NCBI GenBank assembly: GCA_947630535.1
Contig: CANRHZ010000004.1
Location: 10,243-74,242, forward strand
From: Candidatus Gastranaerophilales bacterium
Lineage (GTDB): Bacteria > Cyanobacteriota > Vampirovibrionia > Gastranaerophilales > Gastranaerophilaceae
DNA length: 64,000 nucleotides
Reading direction: 5' to 3'
The notes beneath the pieces were generated by a model. It was not told the DNA's origin, made no database searches, and saw only the letters and a program-made list of their open reading frames with translations. Made by a program: the position numbers and the translations under genes. This document shows positions 49,315 to 59,171 of the stretch, one piece after another; the first letter of the stretch is position 1, and every line of letters starts with the position of its first letter.

Positions 49315-49350
49315 CAAAAAAACCGAAAATTAACTTTTTCGGTTTTTTTT
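49315..49350 (+). terminator. rho-independent terminator of the SLH gene
   Basis: AACCGAAAA (49321-49329) pairs with TTTTCGGTT (49336-49344), followed by a T-run. Confidence 0.8.
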
Positions 49351-49363
49351 ATATAATAAAGCT

Positions 49364-50764
49364 ATGGCAAAATTTAAAAGCAAATGGATATGTCAAAATT
49401 GCGGATACGAAAGCTTTTCTTATTTGGGAAAATGTCCCGATTGCGGAAGGTTTTCAACCTTTATTGAAGAAGTCGTACAAGAAAAAACAGAAGTTAAATC
49501 GAAAAATTCATCCCTGAATTTTGTTAATTTAGATTCCTTAAAATATACAAAAATAAAAGACGTTAAAACAGATGACAGTATAAGAATTAAAAGCGGAATG
49601 GAAGAATTAGACAGAGTTTTGGGGGGCGGCTTTGTCGAGGGCTCTCTTTGTCTTTTGGCGGGGGACCCCGGAATCGGAAAATCCACGCTGATTTTACAAT
49701 CCGCAAATAACATTGCAAAACAGGGCAAAAAAATTCTTTATATCTGTGCAGAGGAATCAACTTCTCAGGTAAAATTAAGAGCAAAAAGGCTCAATGCCGA
49801 CAATGAAAACATTTATGTCACCCAGCAAAACTGTCTTGAAGAAATAACAAAACAAATAGAGGAATTGAAACCCGATTTTCTTGTTGTAGATAGCATACAG
49901 TCGGTATTTAGCGCACAAATAGTAAGCTCAATCGGTTCAATAAGTCAAATTAGAGAATGCACAAACATCTTAATGAGAATTGCAAAGCAATACAATGTAA
50001 CAACAATTATAATAGGCCATGTTACAAAAGAAGGAAATATAGCAGGCCCCAAAGTGCTTGAACATATGGTAGATTGCGTTCTTAATTTTGAAGGAGAAAA
50101 ATATAAAACCACAAGAATTTTAAGGGGGATAAAAAACAGATTTGGGGCAGTTTTTGAGGTTGGTGTCTTTAATATGGAAGATTCGGGGCTTGTTGAAATT
50201 AAAAACCCCTCAGAATTATTCCTCTCCGACAGAGAAAATATAATGACATCAGGAAGCACTGTAATTGCAGCCCTCGAAGGTACAAGGTGCCTTCTTCTTG
50301 AGGTGCAAGCACTGACGGGAGTTTCACCATATCCCAATCCAAGACGTGTTGCAAGAGGGGTTGAATACGACAGATTGCTTCAAATTCTTGCCGTATTGGA
50401 AAAAAGAGTGGGTTTAAACCTTTCAAGAAGCGACGTTTATATAAACGTCATAGGGGGAATTGATATAATAGAGCCGGCTGCCGATTTATCAATAGCTCTT
50501 GCCGTCTTAACATCGGCAAAAGACTGTATAATAAACCACAAGACAATCTGTCTTGGAGAAATCGGTTTAAACGGCGAAATAAGGTCTGTCGATAATTTGG
50601 AAGCAAGATTAAAAGAGGCGCAAAAACTGGGTTTTGAGCGTGCAATAATTCCAAAAATCAACAACAAAACAGTTTTGGAAAGAATAAAGAAAATTGATAT
50701 AAAGACATACGAAGTTTCAAAAATACCGGATGCGATTAAATTTATTGATTCTCATCCTTGTTAA
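49364..50764 (+). CDS. radA: DNA repair protein RadA/Sms
   Basis: Zn ribbon CQNCGYESFSYLGKCPDCG, Walker A GDPGIGKST, KNRFG motif, Lon-protease-like C-terminus. Confidence 0.95.
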   Translation: MAKFKSKWICQNCGYESFSYLGKCPDCGRFSTFIEEVVQEKTEVKSKNSSLNFVNLDSLKYTKIKDVKTDDSIRIKSGMEELDRVLGGGFVEGSLCLLAGDPGIGKSTLILQSANNIAKQGKKILYICAEESTSQVKLRAKRLNADNENIYVTQQNCLEEITKQIEELKPDFLVVDSIQSVFSAQIVSSIGSISQIRECTNILMRIAKQYNVTTIIIGHVTKEGNIAGPKVLEHMVDCVLNFEGEKYKTTRILRGIKNRFGAVFEVGVFNMEDSGLVEIKNPSELFLSDRENIMTSGSTVIAALEGTRCLLLEVQALTGVSPYPNPRRVARGVEYDRLLQILAVLEKRVGLNLSRSDVYINVIGGIDIIEPAADLSIALAVLTSAKDCIINHKTICLGEIGLNGEIRSVDNLEARLKEAQKLGFERAIIPKINNKTVLERIKKIDIKTYEVSKIPDAIKFIDSHPC

Positions 50765-51560
50765 TCATTATGTTATCAAACATTGTCCTTGAATAATCGC
50801 CGGTTTGCTCAAATTGATAATCGGTATATTCAAGGTCTTGTTCATCAAATAAAAAGTTTATTTTTGTTTCATAGTCATCTGCATTAAATTTTCCACCCTT
50901 GCATAGTTTATTTATCATAAACAATTTTTCATGTTTTTTAACCGTTTCGTCTGTTTCAGGGTCATACAGTAGTTTAAATCGGGCTATTGCACCGCATTTA
51001 AAATCCGCAAAGTCAAGCCACGGGTCAATTACTATGTCTCTTTGCCCGCTTTTATTCATGTCCGTTAAAACAAAGGCATGGTCTGCCGAATCATAATTAC
51101 TATATTCAATTTTGCCCGTTTTTTTATTTATGAATTGAATTTGAAGGGTTAAATGTACTCTTTTGGAGTTATTGTACCCGTTTGCAAGCAAAACAGCCAT
51201 AGCGGCAAGCGAATTTTCATGGCAGTTGCCTATTTTTGTCTGTTTAGCCAATAAAAGCGGAACAATATAGGGGGTGTTTTTCTCTCTGTCGCTAAATTCA
51301 AACTCGAAAGTATCGGGATTTTTGGCTACATATCTTTCGCTATTGATAGTTTTTTTCATTTTATCACATATAGAATTTGCCTTTTTTGCAGAGTCCGATT
51401 TGGGTTTAACGGAATGATAAAAATCGTGAATATATGAGGGACTATAAAGCGGAAAAACTTCTTTTGTTTTTCTTAACACCTTGTCAGCGTCCCTTATTTC
51501 TTTCTTTCTTGAAGTAAAGCTTTTAGAATATGAATAATTGTTAATCGGAAAAATTTTCAT
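50742..51560 (-). CDS. hypothetical protein with papain/transglutaminase-like Cys-His-Asp arrangement
   Basis: GNCHENSLAAMAVLLANGY ... ADHAFVL ... VIDPW. No signal peptide. N-terminus MKIFPINN. Confidence 0.5.
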   Translation of the reverse strand: MKIFPINNYSYSKSFTSRKKEIRDADKVLRKTKEVFPLYSPSYIHDFYHSVKPKSDSAKKANSICDKMKKTINSERYVAKNPDTFEFEFSDREKNTPYIVPLLLAKQTKIGNCHENSLAAMAVLLANGYNNSKRVHLTLQIQFINKKTGKIEYSNYDSADHAFVLTDMNKSGQRDIVIDPWLDFADFKCGAIARFKLLYDPETDETVKKHEKLFMINKLCKGGKFNADDYETKINFLFDEQDLEYTDYQFEQTGDYSRTMFDNIMINKDENQ

Positions 51561-51592
51561 GACAAAACTAAAAAGTGTATAAATATAAAAAA

Positions 51593-51621
51593 TTGACAGT
51601 TTCGTTAAGTTCTATTAATAA
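51593..51621 (+). promoter_or_regulatory. sigma70-like promoter upstream of ftsZ
   Basis: TTGACA (51593-51598), 17-nt spacer, TAATAA (51616-51621). A second candidate, TTGAAA-17-CATAAT, follows immediately. Confidence 0.35.
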
Positions 51622-51728
51622 TTTGAAATATTGTGAAATTTTAAGCATAATATTTATAAAATGCTTTACTTAAAAGCAATTTTTAAATATAGTATTATCA
51701 AAGGAACCATAAAAAGAGGACCAAAAAA

Positions 51729-52910
51729 GTGGAAAAGTTTAGACTAGATAATTTTAGCAGAAAATCAAGCGAGTTTGACAGATATTCAAACCAGGCAAAT
51801 ATTAAAGTTATAGGTGTTGGCGGCGGTGGCGGAAATGCCGTTGACAGAATGATTGCCGCAGGTTTAAGCGGTGTTGAATTTTGGGCAATGAATACGGATG
51901 CTCAAGTTCTTGAAAGGTCATCAGCACCTAAAAAAATTCAGCTTGGCGCAAAACTTACTGCCGGTCTTGGCGCAGGGGGAGACCCTACGGTTGGCGAAAA
52001 AGCGGCTGAAGAATCCAGAGAAGATTTACTTGTTGCTATAGATGGTTCCGATATGGTGTTCGTTACGGCCGGTATGGGCGGAGGAACAGGAACGGGCGCT
52101 GCTCCTGTTGTTGCAAAAATTGCAAAAGAATTGGGAGCCCTTACAATCGGTGTTGTCACAAAACCGTTTGGTTTTGAAGGCAAAAAACGTATGAATCAAG
52201 CAATTGCAGGTTTGGAAAAACTCAAAGAAAGCGTTGATGCTCTTATAGTTATTCCTAACGATAAATTAATTGAAGTTGTTGAAAGAAGAACCACAATGAG
52301 AGATGCCTTCCTTGTGGTTGACGAAGTTCTGTTAAGAGGTGTACAAGGCATATCAGACATTATTGTAATCCCCGGTCTTATCAACGTTGACTTTGCAGAC
52401 GTAAGAACTGTTATGCAGGCTTCAGGTTCCGCATTAATGGGCATAGGTAAGGCTTCAGGCGAAGGCAGAGCAATGGAAGCCGCAAAACTTGCAATTAATT
52501 CAAAACTTCTTGAAACTTCAATAAACGGTGCGACCGGCATCATTATGAATGTATCCGGCGGCCCCGATATGACTTTACATGAAGTTAACGAAGCCGCAAG
52601 TGTTATCCATGATGCCGTATCTGACAATGCGGAAGTTATCTTCGGTTCCGTTATTGACGATAGAATTCAGGGTGAAATTCAAATTACGGTTATTGCAACC
52701 GGCTTTAAACTTAAAGAAAATGAGCCCGCAAAAACACAGGAAAGAAAAATCAGTGCAGCAGACATATTCTCGGGCGGTTTATCCTTTGGCGATATGGGAG
52801 CAAAACAAAATCAGCCAAACCAATTCAATCAACCCATAAATAAACCGAATAACGATTCCGGGGCAGGGGGTCTGCTTGATATACCGGAATTTTTAAATCC
52901 GAAAAGATAA
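51729..52910 (+). CDS. ftsZ: cell division protein FtsZ
   Basis: GTG start after [17 protein letters not shown] and [13 protein letters not shown] tubulin signatures. Q/N/P-rich linker and a C-terminal peptide DIPEFL. Confidence 0.96.
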   Translation: MEKFRLDNFSRKSSEFDRYSNQANIKVIGVGGGGGNAVDRMIAAGLSGVEFWAMNTDAQVLERSSAPKKIQLGAKLTAGLGAGGDPTVGEKAAEESREDLLVAIDGSDMVFVTAGMGGGTGTGAAPVVAKIAKELGALTIGVVTKPFGFEGKKRMNQAIAGLEKLKESVDALIVIPNDKLIEVVERRTTMRDAFLVVDEVLLRGVQGISDIIVIPGLINVDFADVRTVMQASGSALMGIGKASGEGRAMEAAKLAINSKLLETSINGATGIIMNVSGGPDMTLHEVNEAASVIHDAVSDNAEVIFGSVIDDRIQGEIQITVIATGFKLKENEPAKTQERKISAADIFSGGLSFGDMGAKQNQPNQFNQPINKPNNDSGAGGLLDIPEFLNPKR

Positions 52911-52914
52911 ATTT

Positions 52915-52946
52915 AAAAAACTCCCTTATTGTTAAGGGAGTTTTTA
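52915..52946 (+). terminator. rho-independent terminator of ftsZ
   Basis: CTCCCTTA (52921-52928) pairs with TAAGGGAG (52933-52940) around loop TTGT, followed by TTTTT. Confidence 0.8.
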
Positions 52947-53032
52947 TTATAGTTTAATCATATAGCTAATCTGATATATAAACCTTTATCTTTTTTAAAA
53001 CAAATTGCGCCTATATATTTAAACGTATTTTT

Positions 53033-53563
53033 TTAAAAGAAATACCTTGAAACAATAATAGCAGCAACAATGCCGACTATATCAGCCAAAAGCCCCACAA
53101 TAAGAGCATACCTTATTTTTTTAACCCCGATAGCACCAAAATAAACGGCTAAAACATAAAAAGTGGTTTCAGAGCTTCCGACAATAACGGAAGATAATTT
53201 TGTTGCATAGGAATCAACACCTGTTGTGTTTATAACATCCGATAAAAGCCCCAATGTAGCAGAGCCTGAAAGAGAACGTGTTATCATAACAGGAAGGGAT
53301 TCAACAGGAATTTTAAGATAATGAAGAACAATTGACAGATGAGAGGATATTAAATCTATCCCGCCTGATGCTCTGAACATGGAAACAGAAACTATAATTG
53401 CAACAAGGTAAGGTAAAATTTTAATTGATACAAAAAGCCCTTCTTTTGCGCCATCAATAAAACTATCGTATGCGGGAACTTTTTTATATGCGGCATAAAT
53501 TAAAATAACGGCCACAATCAAAGGGAGAAGCATAACAGATATTGCGCTTAAAATTTCTTTCAT
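53033..53563 (-). CDS. spmB: nucleoside-recognition/spore maturation protein B-like membrane protein
   Basis: 176-aa polytopic protein downstream of the spmA-like gene; typical paired arrangement. Confidence 0.75.
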   Translation of the reverse strand: MKEILSAISVMLLPLIVAVILIYAAYKKVPAYDSFIDGAKEGLFVSIKILPYLVAIIVSVSMFRASGGIDLISSHLSIVLHYLKIPVESLPVMITRSLSGSATLGLLSDVINTTGVDSYATKLSSVIVGSSETTFYVLAVYFGAIGVKKIRYALIVGLLADIVGIVAAIIVSRYFF

Positions 53564-53572
53564 AATTCAAGC

Positions 53573-54151
53573 CTATCCTTTATATATCCTGCTAAATAGC
53601 ATAGATAAAACTATGGCGGAAACAAAAGCAATCGAAGTTACAATTAAAGTCGGTATTATAATTTCAGTCGGGTTTTTTGAATTAAATGAAACAAGAAGCG
53701 CTATAACGGTAGCGGGGACTATCTGAAATCCTGCCGTATTCATGGCAAGCAGCATACACATTGAATCAGACGCAATATCTTTATTTTCAGCTTCTTTATG
53801 TAAATCCTTCATAGCCTTAATTCCAAACGGTGTAGCCGCATTTTGAAGCCCAAGAGCATTAGCCGAAATATTCAAGGCAATATTTGAAAATGCGGGAGAG
53901 CCCTTTTTTATATCTTTAAAAATTAAAGATAGGATAGGGGAGATAATTTTTGAGAAAATATTAATTAAACCTGATTTTTGAGCAATCTTAACAATCCCAA
54001 GCCAAAAGGCCATAATACCAATCAGAGAAATTGAAACCTCTACGGCTTTTTTTGATGAATACAACATAGCATTAACTACATCATCCAATTTGCCCGTAAT
54101 TAAGCCGATTACAAATGAAGAAAGTATTAAAAATAAAAAAACTATATTCAT
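53573..54151 (-). CDS. spmA: nucleoside-recognition/spore maturation protein A-like membrane protein
   Basis: 192-aa polytopic protein. Gate-domain-like segments (NALGLQNAATPFGIKAM). Confidence 0.75.
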   Translation of the reverse strand: MNIVFLFLILSSFVIGLITGKLDDVVNAMLYSSKKAVEVSISLIGIMAFWLGIVKIAQKSGLINIFSKIISPILSLIFKDIKKGSPAFSNIALNISANALGLQNAATPFGIKAMKDLHKEAENKDIASDSMCMLLAMNTAGFQIVPATVIALLVSFNSKNPTEIIIPTLIVTSIAFVSAIVLSMLFSRIYKG

Positions 54152-54315
54152 CTTACTAAAACTAAATACCGGATATTTGATTTTACTTCAAAAATCATTA
54201 AATATATTTAATAAGGGTAAAAATAGGTCGTTTGAATGAATTAAATCATTTGATATTAGCCTATACTGTTTTTATCGGGGAAAGTCATCACGTTTTTTGG
54301 TTATAAGGATATAAA

Positions 54316-55791
54316 TTGTTTAACTATAATGTAATAAATCCTGTTAATATTCACTACAGAAAATACCCTCAAAATGAAGGTATCAAAAAGAGTGAAAATG
54401 AAAACGAAGAAAAGAAAAAACCAAACCTTACCCCTGATGAAAACGACTCAAATAAAAGATTTCCGAACGGAAACAAGGTTGCAATAGATTATACTAAAAA
54501 CCAAATAAATATAGCACAGGTCATACAAGATTTTAAAAGCACAATAGCTGCAATAAATTCCCCCAAAGATGTAAAGGAAGAAGTAGAGCTTTACCTTGAT
54601 ATGGTAACAAAAGAAACAAAAAAGGAAGCTCCCTCAAAAGAAATTGTATTATCCAACCTGAAAAATGCGGCAAGAATAACCGATAAATATATCCAAGACA
54701 GTCTTAAAAAACCTTCAAAGGTTGTTCAAGACTGGGTTGATGCGCTTTTTTTACAAAAAATTAATTTAAAAGCGGATGAAAATGAAATTAATGAAGAATT
54801 CAGAGTAAAAATTCCCGAAAAAAAAGAAACAAAACCCCATACAGGAGGCCTTACCCCCCTAAAAGAAGATAAATTTGAATATGATAGTAAAGAGCAATAT
54901 ACAAATGATGTCAACTTAAGTTATGAAAATGCAGGCAACAATTTTGTAACCGTAAACCCCGCACAAGAAGAAATTAAAGAAGCTAAAAAAGATGATACTA
55001 TAGAAACCACACCCCAAATAACAAAACCCGAAAATGAATTATACCTTATAAAAACCGAAAATGAAGAAAGAGCAAAAGACCTTTTATTAATGGCAAAAAA
55101 AGCCTTTGAAGAAGGGTCTGATATGTATTCAACCCTAAAACTTTATGATGAAGCAATAGAATCAATGGAAGGAAGCGAAAATAAAAATCTGAAATCGGCA
55201 ATTTATTTTGAAAGAGGAAAAATTTTTGATTCTTATGATTATGCGGAACTTGCCCTGATTGATTACCATAAGGCAACAAAAAGCAGTGATAACAATCTCA
55301 AAGCTCAGGCTCATATTAAAATGGGAAACATTTATGACGATTACGTTCAATTTGACCCTGCCATGGACCAGTATACAAGAGCAATAGAGAGCCTTGAAGA
55401 AGTAAATAACCTTCAGGGCAAAACAAGGGCGCTAAGATATATAGCATCAATGTTTGCCGGCATATACGACAAAGAAAATACCGAAGCATTTTCAAACCTT
55501 GCAATAGAATCGGCAAAAGAAAGCAAAAATCCAAAAACAATTTCAAACACCTATCTTGATGTTGCAAAAAATTACGCATACATAGGCGAAGATTCAAAAG
55601 CACTCAATATTTGCGCAACCTTTGCAAAAGACGAAGCCACAAAAGATAGCTACAGTGAGCTTGCTAAAAATTATATGGAAGCCTCTATGTTAATGGACAA
55701 AAAAGGTAACAAGAAAAAAGCATACGCACTTATGGTAAAATCCAAAGAATACAACAGACTTGCAAAATTGAAAGAAAAAGACGAATTTTAG
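54316..55791 (+). CDS. hypothetical protein with C-terminal TPR-like repeats
   Basis: TTG start with AAGGA 8 nt upstream. K/E/N-rich N-terminal half. The C-terminal half has TPR-like A/Y/L periodicity (AIYFERGKIFDSYDYAELALIDYHKA). Confidence 0.6.
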   Translation: MFNYNVINPVNIHYRKYPQNEGIKKSENENEEKKKPNLTPDENDSNKRFPNGNKVAIDYTKNQINIAQVIQDFKSTIAAINSPKDVKEEVELYLDMVTKETKKEAPSKEIVLSNLKNAARITDKYIQDSLKKPSKVVQDWVDALFLQKINLKADENEINEEFRVKIPEKKETKPHTGGLTPLKEDKFEYDSKEQYTNDVNLSYENAGNNFVTVNPAQEEIKEAKKDDTIETTPQITKPENELYLIKTENEERAKDLLLMAKKAFEEGSDMYSTLKLYDEAIESMEGSENKNLKSAIYFERGKIFDSYDYAELALIDYHKATKSSDNNLKAQAHIKMGNIYDDYVQFDPAMDQYTRAIESLEEVNNLQGKTRALRYIASMFAGIYDKENTEAFSNLAIESAKESKNPKTISNTYLDVAKNYAYIGEDSKALNICATFAKDEATKDSYSELAKNYMEASMLMDKKGNKKKAYALMVKSKEYNRLAKLKEKDEF

Positions 55792-56828
55792 ATAACGTCT
55801 TTAATCGCTTCTTCATCTTCTACATCAAATATCTGAACTTCGCCTTGTTTAACGGGAAGCACAAGTCTTATTTTGTTTGAGTTGGTTTTTTTATCAATGT
55901 GCATAATTTTTATGTAATCTTCTTTGTTAAATTCCATATTGGCTGAATTTTTAAGCTTGTATTTATCAATAAGCATAATTGCAGATTTATAGTAATTTTC
56001 ATCAATTATACCAAGGTTTAATGAAAGCTTAAATGCACTCACAATCCCCATCGCTACGGCTTCACCGTGGGTAAATTTTTTATAATTTGTAATTGTTTCA
56101 ATTGCATGTGCAAATGTGTGCCCGAAATTTAAAACGGCTCTTAGTCCTTTTTCTTTCTCGTCCGATAAAACAACATCACTTTTTAATCCGAGCGATTTAT
56201 AAACTATATCTTGATAGTTTATTTCGTCAGAATTTAAAAGATAATCGTATAAATAGTATTCCTTATTTTTACTTGAACTCTTTTCAATAAAAGCATACTT
56301 TATAACTTCCCCAAGTCCTGAATATATTTCTTTTTTTGGAAGGGTTTTTAATAAATCGGTATCAACTAAAACCGCCTTAGGCTGATAAAAAGCACCGACA
56401 AGATTTTTACCGTAAGCCGTATTAAAGCCCGTTTTGCCCCCGACGGAAGAATCAACCTGAGATAATAAAGTTGTAGGTATTTGAATAAAATCTACACCCC
56501 TTAAAACGCTTGATGCGGCAAATCCGCCCAAATCTCCCGTAACGCCCCCGCCAAAAACAACTATAGTGTCATTTCTGCGGATTTTTTGCCGCAGGAGTTC
56601 TTCTGTTATATATTGAAAAGTTTCAAAATTTTTATGTTCTTCCCCGTCTTTTATAATAACCCTGTTTTCAAAACGGTTGATAAAATCGGGATAAAAATTT
56701 ATAAGGTTATCGTTTGTTATAAGAAAAGTTCTGGTCTTGGGCAAAAATTTATCCGTATCGGATAATAAGCCTGAAGAAATATTTATATCGTATTTAAAAG
56801 AATTTGTATTAAGTGTGATTGTTTTCAT
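55788..56828 (-). CDS. aroB: 3-dehydroquinate synthase
   Basis: GGGVTGDLGGFAA, NFGHTFAHAIE motifs; 346 aa. Confidence 0.94.
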   Translation of the reverse strand: MKTITLNTNSFKYDINISSGLLSDTDKFLPKTRTFLITNDNLINFYPDFINRFENRVIIKDGEEHKNFETFQYITEELLRQKIRRNDTIVVFGGGVTGDLGGFAASSVLRGVDFIQIPTTLLSQVDSSVGGKTGFNTAYGKNLVGAFYQPKAVLVDTDLLKTLPKKEIYSGLGEVIKYAFIEKSSSKNKEYYLYDYLLNSDEINYQDIVYKSLGLKSDVVLSDEKEKGLRAVLNFGHTFAHAIETITNYKKFTHGEAVAMGIVSAFKLSLNLGIIDENYYKSAIMLIDKYKLKNSANMEFNKEDYIKIMHIDKKTNSNKIRLVLPVKQGEVQIFDVEDEEAIKDVI

Positions 56829-57324
56829 ATATTTTAATTATCTCATCCGTTATTTTTTTAATAGAATTATTCCCGTCAATTATATAATCAGCCTTAAAAT
56901 ATTGATTGCACCTTTTATTATATAATACTTCAAGCTCAAATTTTTGGTCTTTTTTATTTAAAAGGGGGCGTTCATTATTATCTTTAACTCTTTCATACAG
57001 ATTATCCAAAGACACATTAAGAAAAAAAACAAGTCCGATTTTTTTTAAAAGTTCAATATTTTCATCTCTCAAGACAATTCCGCCGCCTGTAGAGAGTATA
57101 AAACAATTTTTATTCAATAATGATTTAATAAATGCGGTTTCTAAATCTCTAAAATAATTTTCCCCTTGTTTATTAAATATATCGGATATTTTGAACCCCT
57201 CGTTTTTTTCAATACAAAAATCGGAATCAATACAATCTAAGCCCGTTTTTTTTGAGAGTAAATTTGCAACAGACGATTTTCCCGAGCCCGGCATTCCGAT
57301 AAGAATGATGTTATCTTGCTTCAT
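56809..57324 (-). CDS. aroK: shikimate kinase
   Basis: Walker A GMPGSGKSS, STGGG. Overlaps aroB and aroC. Confidence 0.92.
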   Translation of the reverse strand: MKQDNIILIGMPGSGKSSVANLLSKKTGLDCIDSDFCIEKNEGFKISDIFNKQGENYFRDLETAFIKSLLNKNCFILSTGGGIVLRDENIELLKKIGLVFFLNVSLDNLYERVKDNNERPLLNKKDQKFELEVLYNKRCNQYFKADYIIDGNNSIKKITDEIIKIYENNHT

Positions 57325-58414
57325 AATTCCTCAAGGTTTCAAGGTAGCTATCCCCCCCGAATTTATCAAAGAAAGCATTTAATATTGAAATTGCAGCCAT
57401 ATTAAGCGCAACAACACCGCAGGCTTCAATTGCTGAAGTATCGGCCCTTTCAAAGTGGGCACTTGTATTTTCTTTTGTTTTTATATCAATTGAATTTAGT
57501 GCCTTTTTCATGGTTGGAATAGGCTTCATTGAGCAAGTTATAATAATATCTTCCCCGTTTGTCATTCCGCCTTCAATTCCGCCCGAGTTATTTGTTTTTC
57601 TTGTTATTTTTCCGTTTTCATAAAATATTTCATCATGAACGCTATCGCCAAAAAATTCCGAATACTTGGCACCAAGTCCGATTTCAACGGATTTTACCGC
57701 AGGAATACTCATCATGGCTTGGGCTAAAATCCCGTCAAGCCTTTTATCCCACTGAACAAAACTTCCAAGCCCAACGGGCAAATTCTTATACACAACCCGG
57801 ATTTTTCCCCCGACGGAAACACCGAGTTTTCTTGCTTCATCTATAACGGAATTGAATTTGTCGGGGTTTATTTCATCCTTAACGGAGAGAACTTTTGAAT
57901 ACCCTTTGATATTAAATTTAGATAGTATATTTTGGCAAATTGCGCCCACGGCAACTCTTGTTGCCGTTTCTCTTGCAGATGACCTTTCAAGTATATCTCT
58001 TATATCACAAGCCCCGAATTTGATTGCGCCGGATAAATCCGCATGGGAAGGACGAGCCTTTGTAATTCTTTTTTCTTCTATTTTGGATAATATTTCATTT
58101 TTTGTGTTTTCATCCATTGAATTAAAATCAAAAGATTGAACACTCATGGGGATTTTCCAATTTTCAAAGTCTTTATTTTGAATTTCGATACAAATGGGAG
58201 AACCCGTAGTTTTATTAAATCTGACACCCGATTTAACCGTTATTTTATCGGTTTCGATTTTCATTCTTCCGCCCCTGCCGTAACCTTTTTGGCGGTTTGA
58301 AAGTTCGTTGTTTATAAAATCAAAATCAAGCTCATAGCCATATCCTATACCATCTATTATGGCATTTAAAGATTGACCGTGAGATTCGCCAGAAGTTAAA
58401 AATCGAATTGTCAA
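57311..58414 (-). CDS. aroC: chorismate synthase
   Basis: FLTSGESHG N-terminus, RPSHAD, GGRSSARETA-like and GGIEGGMTNG motifs. Confidence 0.95.
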   Translation of the reverse strand: MTIRFLTSGESHGQSLNAIIDGIGYGYELDFDFINNELSNRQKGYGRGGRMKIETDKITVKSGVRFNKTTGSPICIEIQNKDFENWKIPMSVQSFDFNSMDENTKNEILSKIEEKRITKARPSHADLSGAIKFGACDIRDILERSSARETATRVAVGAICQNILSKFNIKGYSKVLSVKDEINPDKFNSVIDEARKLGVSVGGKIRVVYKNLPVGLGSFVQWDKRLDGILAQAMMSIPAVKSVEIGLGAKYSEFFGDSVHDEIFYENGKITRKTNNSGGIEGGMTNGEDIIITCSMKPIPTMKKALNSIDIKTKENTSAHFERADTSAIEACGVVALNMAAISILNAFFDKFGGDSYLETLRNYEAR

Positions 58415-58433
58415 AATGAATTACTCCCAAAAA

Positions 58434-59171
58434 TTAAATATAAGTCCAAGGCAGGTGCTCTTGAGCAATAATAACTTCAACGCCCGCCTTTGCGATTAAC
58501 CCCTGCAAAAGAGGTAAAACGGGAATTTCCGAATCAAAATGTCCGATATCGGCAGCAGCAAAATTTCTTACTTCAAGTGCGGCATGAAATTTTATGTCAC
58601 CCGTTAAATAAAGGTCAATATCGTAATCTCTTAATTTTTTAATAAAAGAACCGCCGGCACCTGCCGAAATTGCAATATTTTTAACCGTTGTAACACCGGA
58701 AGGGTTAACAAGTTTAATCCTTTCAACCCCAAGAGCAATTTTAACATTGTCAAGGAAATCTTCAATCCCGATTTCGTCTTTAAGATGGGATATTTTAATG
58801 TAATCATCAACGGTAATTAAATTTTTTAGCCCGAGAACACCTGCAAGTGCATCCGTGGTTGAGCCGTATGTTTTATCAAGGTTCGTGTGTGCACTGTAAA
58901 CCGATATGTTGTGTTTAATTGCCTCAATTATAACGGAATCGTTAATTGCCGATAATCTGTCAAATATAAGAGGGTGGTGAGTTATAATCAAATCACAATC
59001 GTTTGTAATAGCCTGTTCCAAACTTTCTTTTGTGAGAGAAAGAGCAACAAGAACTTTATTTGTGTAGTCATGACATAAATTTATCTGCCATCCTGAATTA
59101 TCCCATGGCTCACATAAATCAAGGGAAGCATACTTTTCTATTTTTGATATAATGTCGTCGGTCTTTATCAT
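58434..59171 (-). CDS. Nif3-like dinuclear metal centre protein
   Basis: NIF3/DUF34 pattern (WDNSG, ITHHPLIF, YSAHTNLD, C-terminal HFDSE). Confidence 0.85.
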   Translation of the reverse strand: MIKTDDIISKIEKYASLDLCEPWDNSGWQINLCHDYTNKVLVALSLTKESLEQAITNDCDLIITHHPLIFDRLSAINDSVIIEAIKHNISVYSAHTNLDKTYGSTTDALAGVLGLKNLITVDDYIKISHLKDEIGIEDFLDNVKIALGVERIKLVNPSGVTTVKNIAISAGAGGSFIKKLRDYDIDLYLTGDIKFHAALEVRNFAAADIGHFDSEIPVLPLLQGLIAKAGVEVIIAQEHLPWTYI

